Of a DNA stretch of 10,114 bases, positions 6,124 to 10,114 are shown piece after piece; position 1 is the stretch's first letter, and each line of letters starts with the position of its first letter. The DNA comes from Candidatus Zixiibacteriota bacterium (GTDB lineage: Bacteria; JAAXHH01). A program made the position numbers and the translations under genes. Location: NCBI GenBank assembly GCA_016867335.1, contig VGJU01000145.1:1-10114 (forward strand), read 5' to 3'. Below the pieces are notes generated by a model. That model was not told where the DNA came from. It worked only from the letters and a program-made list of their open reading frames with translations, and ran no database searches.

Positions 6124-6972
6124 TTATCGCTCAAGAACGCTGCGCTCCGGTACAAAACTCAGTTCTCGCTTGATCGACGAGATATCGTAGATGGGATCGA
6201 AACCGTGTCCGGGGCGTTCGTAGTGCGACAAGTCCAGCCCCCCGTTGTCCGGCCCGTACCACGCGCGTAGAAGGTCCGGGATCGGGTCGGCGGTGCAGGC
6301 CGGATTTCCGACGGCGTTCAGGATGCGCACGCCCGGTTTTTGCCGCGACTCGACGGCCAGGGTAAAACAGCGTACCGCATCGCGGGCAAACATGACGGAC
6401 AACTCACCCAGCGACCACTCGGTCAGCGGTCCCGCTTTTTTGGGCACGGGCGTCGCATCGTCCGGCGCAATGCTGGCCAACCGGATGTTGATAAAGTCCG
6501 CATCGTCGTACTGACGAGCCAGATAGCGCGTTACCTCTTCCATCATGTATTTTGAAAACCCGTATCCGTCCCGATCCAGACACGGATGTTCATCCGGGAT
6601 AGGAACACGGAGCGGTCGGAACTTTACCGACTGAAACCCCACCGCTGCAATCGAGCTGGCAAGAACGAATTTTCTGCATCCGCGCGAGAGTGCGTAGCGT
6701 AGCAGACCGTGCGTGCCGAGTACGTTGACGCGCAGACCGTCCGCCTCGTCGCATCCACCGGTTACTGCGGCAAGGTGGACGATCGCGTCGAGCGGATGAT
6801 CGTCCAGTCGTCTCAGTGTGGCAGGGTCGGTAAAATCACCCTCGATCGACGCGACACCGGCCACCGGAGTCGGGCGTCGTGAAACCGCGATGATGCGATA
6901 TGTAGACGACGGGGACTCGGCCAACTGTCGTCCGATAAAACCGCTGGTTCCGGTAACGAGTATGTGCTGCAT
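6124..6972 (-). CDS. NAD(P)-dependent epimerase/dehydratase family protein (extended SDR), 282 aa.
   Basis: MQHILVTGTSGFIGRQL gives the N-terminal Rossmann GxxGxxG. The catalytic YxxxK-like region is present (YGFSKYMMEEV). I prefer the start ATG 6972-6970 (GGAGA 5 nt upstream on the - strand) to the track's ATG at 6984, which has no SD. Confidence 0.85.
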   Translation of the reverse strand: MQHILVTGTSGFIGRQLAESPSSTYRIIAVSRRPTPVAGVASIEGDFTDPATLRRLDDHPLDAIVHLAAVTGGCDEADGLRVNVLGTHGLLRYALSRGCRKFVLASSIAAVGFQSVKFRPLRVPIPDEHPCLDRDGYGFSKYMMEEVTRYLARQYDDADFINIRLASIAPDDATPVPKKAGPLTEWSLGELSVMFARDAVRCFTLAVESRQKPGVRILNAVGNPACTADPIPDLLRAWYGPDNGGLDLSHYERPGHGFDPIYDISSIKRELSFVPERSVLER

Positions 6973-6997
6973 GTCTTTCTCCATGATGCGTAGGAGT

Positions 6998-7600
6998 TCA
7001 AAACCACTCGGTCTGATGAGGCGCCGCGGGAAACCAGATCATGTCCACGATAAATGACATGGTAACACCTGTTACAAAACCGACCAGCAAACCGATAAAA
7101 AACGGCTGTGCCCGTTGATAAAGTGTTGCACCGCCAAATTTCAGCAACAGAATCTGGGTAAGCCACGCCAGAAAAAGAGGCACGATCGCGTTTCGCACCA
7201 CCCCACCCACATCGCCCACTGCCATACCCACAGGATGGAGCGGCCACCAGGGCGTGATATATCTTCCGGCGATGATCAGACCGTTGAGTAGTACCCCCGA
7301 CAGCAACCAGACGCCTTCGAGACCCGTGATATGGCTGGCGTTGTTGGTCCACTTAGGTGCCATATCATAAAAAAACGTTCCGAATCCACCGGGTGTAGTA
7401 AACAGGTGGTTGCCACCGAGCGTATAGCCCGAATGGATCATCGACACAACGGACGCGGCAAGACTTACCCCAATCGCCGCAAACAGCCAACCCCCGATCG
7501 GTTCGCGTCGCCGCGTTCTGTTTTGAAGCCATGCCGCATGAAAAAAACCTATCAGCGAATACGACCGCCAGTTGCGGGCAAAACCGTTGGCCATGCTCAT
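6998..7600 (-). CDS. Polytopic membrane protein of unknown function, 200 aa, about 5 transmembrane helices. It may be the C-terminal half of one longer membrane protein together with the preceding gene.
   Basis: ATG 7600-7598 (MSMANGFARNW...) lies 2 nt after the TAA (7605-7603) of the upstream membrane-protein gene (TAAcgATG). Strongly hydrophobic helices follow (WLFAAIGVSLAASVVSMI; VWLLSGVLLNGLIIAG; IVPLFLAWLTQILLL; FFIGLLVGFVTGVTMSFIV). The track ORF 6998..8728 is this frame extended upstream into Arg-rich nonsense. Confidence 0.6.
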   Translation of the reverse strand: MSMANGFARNWRSYSLIGFFHAAWLQNRTRRREPIGGWLFAAIGVSLAASVVSMIHSGYTLGGNHLFTTPGGFGTFFYDMAPKWTNNASHITGLEGVWLLSGVLLNGLIIAGRYITPWWPLHPVGMAVGDVGGVVRNAIVPLFLAWLTQILLLKFGGATLYQRAQPFFIGLLVGFVTGVTMSFIVDMIWFPAAPHQTEWF

Positions 7601-7602
7601 CG

Positions 7603-8928
7603 TTACCAGATCAGGCGGTGCAAGGTTGGCCGAACCAAAGACGCCCACGGTAAACTCGTTGGCTTTTCCGTAAGTTCGGCCATGACCAATCCGGATTCGG
7701 CGGTGACACGTGCCAGTGCAAGATAAAAAATATAGAAAACGATCAGAAAGACAAATCCCACGGGTAGTGAGACGCCTATGCGGTGAAGCCAGAACAGGAT
7801 ATAAGCGGAGCCAAGCAAAAATCCCGCTATAGCCCCCCGATATGAAAACAGTTCTTCGGTGTCGTCGAGCCGTGTCGAGCGACGCAATATGGTCTGCCAT
7901 ACGTCTTTCAGATGTCGTCGTGCGATCCAGACCATCCAACCCACGAAAACCAGAATACCGCCCATAAACTGAATGCCTACCAGTCCTGCCGGCACGACAC
8001 CCTGTGAGGTGGAGGCAACGCCGAGCAAGTTGAGCACACCCTGTTCCGCGATCCCAAACAGTTGCATGACCCAAAGGCTGAACAGAATTTCGGCGGGCGC
8101 GAAAAAAGCAAAGGCGATGACGTAAATATTGAAATAGATCGGTATCGTAGGAAACGACGGGTGAACGGTTATGGCGACAAGATCGGGCGGCATGATGGGA
8201 AAACGGGGCCACACGCCCCAGTAAGAAATGCAATTCCAACCCATCATCGTAAATACGATCCCGAATCCGGTCAGAAACAAACCGTTGCGCCACAACCGGG
8301 TTCCGCCGTCCGCCTCTTCGGTCTGACCGATAAGCCGGAGTGCCACCTCTCCCATCGGAAAACGGAGTCGTTCGTACTCGACCCACTGTTTGCGAAAGAT
8401 TACCACAAGACAGGCGCCGACAAGAAGTACCGCTCCGATCAGCGATACCCACCAGAACAAGGGGACTACCCATGCTCCCCACGGAATGGTCTGACCGGGG
8501 CGCAGTCCTTCGAAAAAACCGCGCACCGCATCTCCTTGGGGAGATAGGTACGCATACGATGGCAGATACGGGATCAGGTATTCGTCCCACCGGTTTTCCG
8601 GACTGGCATAATAGGCCGGCGAGGCAATGGCCGATACCAGATAACGGGTGATGCCCCAGTCCGGCGCCATGGAGGCGACCAGTCCCATGGCAAATACGAC
8701 GAGTAATTCGGCGTTTTGCAACGCCCACGACGGTGCGAGTTTTCTGAGGAGAAAGTTGGGGAAAAAAACAAGCAGAAAAAAAGGAACCAGCAGGCCGGTG
8801 GGCAGGTGGGCGTAGGTGGCAAATACTACACCCAACCGGTCTGCCGCGTACTGATCACCCAGACCGATGACAAGTGAAAGTCCCAGTCCGGCAGGCACCG
8901 CTCTCCGTGAAAACGGATGCGAGGTCAT
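7603..8928 (-). CDS. Large polytopic integral membrane protein of unknown function, 441 aa, 10 or more transmembrane helices.
   Basis: ATG 8928-8926 overlaps the stop of the upstream CBM9-like gene (ATGA). The sequence shows continuous hydrophobic helices separated by aromatic/Pro-rich loops (LVPFFLLVFFPNFLL, WVVPLFWWVSLIGAVLLVGACLVVIF, IYVIAFAFFAPAEILFSLWVMQLFGIA, VGFVFLIVFYIFYLALA). I recognise no transporter signature motif. Confidence 0.75.
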   Translation of the reverse strand: MTSHPFSRRAVPAGLGLSLVIGLGDQYAADRLGVVFATYAHLPTGLLVPFFLLVFFPNFLLRKLAPSWALQNAELLVVFAMGLVASMAPDWGITRYLVSAIASPAYYASPENRWDEYLIPYLPSYAYLSPQGDAVRGFFEGLRPGQTIPWGAWVVPLFWWVSLIGAVLLVGACLVVIFRKQWVEYERLRFPMGEVALRLIGQTEEADGGTRLWRNGLFLTGFGIVFTMMGWNCISYWGVWPRFPIMPPDLVAITVHPSFPTIPIYFNIYVIAFAFFAPAEILFSLWVMQLFGIAEQGVLNLLGVASTSQGVVPAGLVGIQFMGGILVFVGWMVWIARRHLKDVWQTILRRSTRLDDTEELFSYRGAIAGFLLGSAYILFWLHRIGVSLPVGFVFLIVFYIFYLALARVTAESGLVMAELTEKPTSLPWASLVRPTLHRLIW

Positions 8929-9572
8929 CCGAAGATCAGGTCAATAAAGTTTTCGTGTTGATGGAAATTGAGCGCGGTAAAAGGCGCGATGGCCGAATGT
9001 TCAAGGTGTTCTAGGTCACCGGTATAGTTGTACCGCGACACCGAAAACTGCCAGACTTCGCCCGGTTTGGGCGGACCGTCGATGCCGAACGCCTTCCATG
9101 GAATGCACAGTTCTACCGCCCATCCTCCGGCTTCGGGGCGAAGCGCCACCCGCTTCCGGCTGTCGCTGTTTGCGGCGATCACCTGTGCCCACGTCGCGCG
9201 TCCCTCGCGGAACGCCTCTCGATCCGGGATATGGATGTCCATGATCAGATCGTTGGGGGAGACGTGGATTTCCCAGTAGTCGGTACGGGAACGTCCGGGT
9301 TTTATAAAAAATTCGGCCACATCGCCCAGCGTAAAAAGCGACTGATTGTCTTCCGTGGCTGTGGTGAAAATGGAAGTATCCTCAAGCCATACATAAAAAC
9401 ATAACGCCTCGACGGTGTATCCCGCATAGGCCAATCCACCTTCGTGGGGTCTCTGTCCGGGAGATGTCCAATGTTGAAAAAAGGAAAGCGCTTCCGCGCC
9501 GGCGTAGGCGGCAGGGGCACGTGAGCCGAAATCGGCGCCGTCGAGTCGCAGCAGGTTGCAGGAAGTGTGCAT
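8925..9572 (-). CDS. CBM9-like / DOMON-like beta-sandwich (carbohydrate-binding family 9-like) domain protein, 215 aa, no signal peptide.
   Basis: The motifs ...GDVAEFFIKPGRSRTDYWEIHVSPN..., ...GGWAVELCIPWKAFG...PKPGEVWQFSVSRYNY... and a C-terminal FG match the conserved blocks of CBM9-like domains (D-x-V-E-x-F-x-D... / GGY-x-E-x-IPW..LG...G..-x-F). The ATG at 9572 has no SD. The N-terminus is not signal-like. Confidence 0.55.
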   Translation of the reverse strand: MHTSCNLLRLDGADFGSRAPAAYAGAEALSFFQHWTSPGQRPHEGGLAYAGYTVEALCFYVWLEDTSIFTTATEDNQSLFTLGDVAEFFIKPGRSRTDYWEIHVSPNDLIMDIHIPDREAFREGRATWAQVIAANSDSRKRVALRPEAGGWAVELCIPWKAFGIDGPPKPGEVWQFSVSRYNYTGDLEHLEHSAIAPFTALNFHQHENFIDLIFG

Positions 9573-9604
9573 AGGGGAAAGCGATTCTTTCTTCGAATTT
9601 TTCT

Positions 9605-10045
9605 CTACTGGATATCTACGCGGTCGGAAAGTTCGTCCACATCCGAGTCAGCGTCGTACGGAAAATGCTCGGCCAGACGCGCGCCGATCTGCTCGATGGC
9701 AGCGACCAGCCCCCCGGTATAGTCGTCTTTGTGAAACCGTTCGGACAGGATGGCCGCGATATCGGTCCAGAATTTCGCGCCTACTTTTTCATGGATGCCG
9801 CTGTCGCCGAGCACGACAAATTTGCGACGCGCGGGTACGACAAAAATCAGCACGCCGTTGCGCTTTTCGGTCTTTGTCATGCCGAGACGTTCAAAGGCTT
9901 TTTCCGCCGCATGAGTCACGTCGCCCCAGAACAGACGTGATACGGAGACGGATATTTCGCCCGACGATCTCCGTTCGGCGTCTTGGATCGCCGCTTCGAC
10001 ACGGGCGCTGTCGATGAGTTTGAGCAGTTTTTTTCGCGTCACCAT
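9605..10045 (-). CDS. TPM-domain (TLP18.3/Psb32/MOLO-1, YgcG-like phosphatase-fold) protein, 146 aa, soluble.
   Basis: ...SGEISVSVSRLFWGDVTHAAEKAFERLGMTKTEKRNGVLIFVVPARRKFVVLGDSGIHEKVGAKFWTDIAAILSERFHKDDYTGGLVAAIEQIGARL... follows the TPM core pattern (TgaEI-V-v...nGVLl-v-...R-...G-GlE..l.D.....i..-F..gdy.gGl...i..i). The ATG at 10045 sits inside the last codons of the upstream gene (ATGGTGA overlap). Confidence 0.8.
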   Translation of the reverse strand: MVTRKKLLKLIDSARVEAAIQDAERRSSGEISVSVSRLFWGDVTHAAEKAFERLGMTKTEKRNGVLIFVVPARRKFVVLGDSGIHEKVGAKFWTDIAAILSERFHKDDYTGGLVAAIEQIGARLAEHFPYDADSDVDELSDRVDIQ

Positions 10046-10114
10046 GATCCGCTGGCCCCTCCTCCTCCCGAACGACCACCGCCGCCGCCAAATCCTCCCC
10101 CGCCTCGTCCTCCG
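10039..10114 (-). CDS. C-terminal end, partial, of a protein with a Gly-rich tail ...GGRGGGGFGGGGGRSGGGGASGSW*. This tail is typical of membrane-bound TPM/YgcG-family proteins.
   Basis: Reverse-strand translation of 10114..10039 in the frame that ends in TGA (10041-10039) gives a Gly/Arg/Ser/Phe-only tail ending GSW. The alternative frame reads RRTRRGRIWRRRWSFGRRRGQRI and is less plausible. Operon context with the following TPM gene supports the call. Confidence 0.55.
   Translation of the reverse strand, partial: GGRGGGGFGGGGGRSGGGGASGSW

Noticed and set aside
6998-8728. 576-aa track ORF on the - strand (MGVAKRRITRRICHG...).
   Set aside because: Upstream of about 7672 it is an Arg-rich, out-of-frame reading of the real 441-aa membrane-protein gene. 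Only its last 200 codons (6998..7600) are genuine protein sequence.
1-10114. Search for CRISPR repeats, tRNA/rRNA, IS inverted terminal repeats or integrase/transposase genes.
   Set aside because: No spaced direct repeats, no cloverleaf-capable segments, and no transposase-like ORFs were seen. The window appears to be ordinary and accessory chromosomal coding DNA.

Overview
This is a bacterial chromosomal segment with high GC content, roughly 58-60% by eye, and it is densely coding on both strands. I can support 15 protein-coding regions, all read by hand from the sequence, and no rRNA, tRNA, CRISPR array or obvious transposon/IS element. Arrows below give transcription direction.

**Left block (- strand, 1..3750):**
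- A BNR/Asp-box sialidase-like beta-propeller protein with no signal peptide.
- A 382-aa orphan protein.
- A 234-nt structured intergenic region.
- A membrane-anchored CxxCH mini-cytochrome-like protein.
- A 126-aa hypothetical protein, translationally coupled to the cytochrome-like gene.
- A partial HpcH/HpaI-family aldolase that runs off the left edge.

**Divergent intergenic region (3751..3992):** it contains a nested inverted repeat and a plausible sigma70-like promoter for the sialidase-like gene. The neighbouring gene on the + strand is a glyoxalase-fold protein (VOC/glyoxalase family) with a strong Shine-Dalgarno site.

**Middle operon (+ strand, 4545..6092):** a tightly coupled three-gene unit, SPFH/band-7 membrane protein -> 54-aa Arc-like ribbon-helix-helix DNA-binding protein -> small PH-like membrane protein. 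Stop and start codons are 2 nt apart at both junctions. The unit sits behind a strongly AT-rich leader that carries three copies of TTGATAT in alternating orientation between a TTGACA -35 box and the ribosome-binding site. I think this is the best candidate for an autoregulated, possibly accessory or undescribed module.

**Right operon (- strand, 6124..10114+):** a Gly-rich-tailed TPM/YgcG-like protein (C-terminus only, gene runs off the right edge) -> small soluble TPM-domain protein -> CBM9-like beta-sandwich protein -> 441-aa and 200-aa polytopic membrane proteins -> NAD-dependent epimerase/dehydratase-family SDR. The junctions are overlapping or nearly so (ATGGTGA, ATGA, TAAcgATG). I do not know of this combination as a described system.

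Functional calls rest on motifs I can read directly: Asp-boxes, GxxGxxG, CxxCH, the SPFH core and the TPM core. I could run no database searches.
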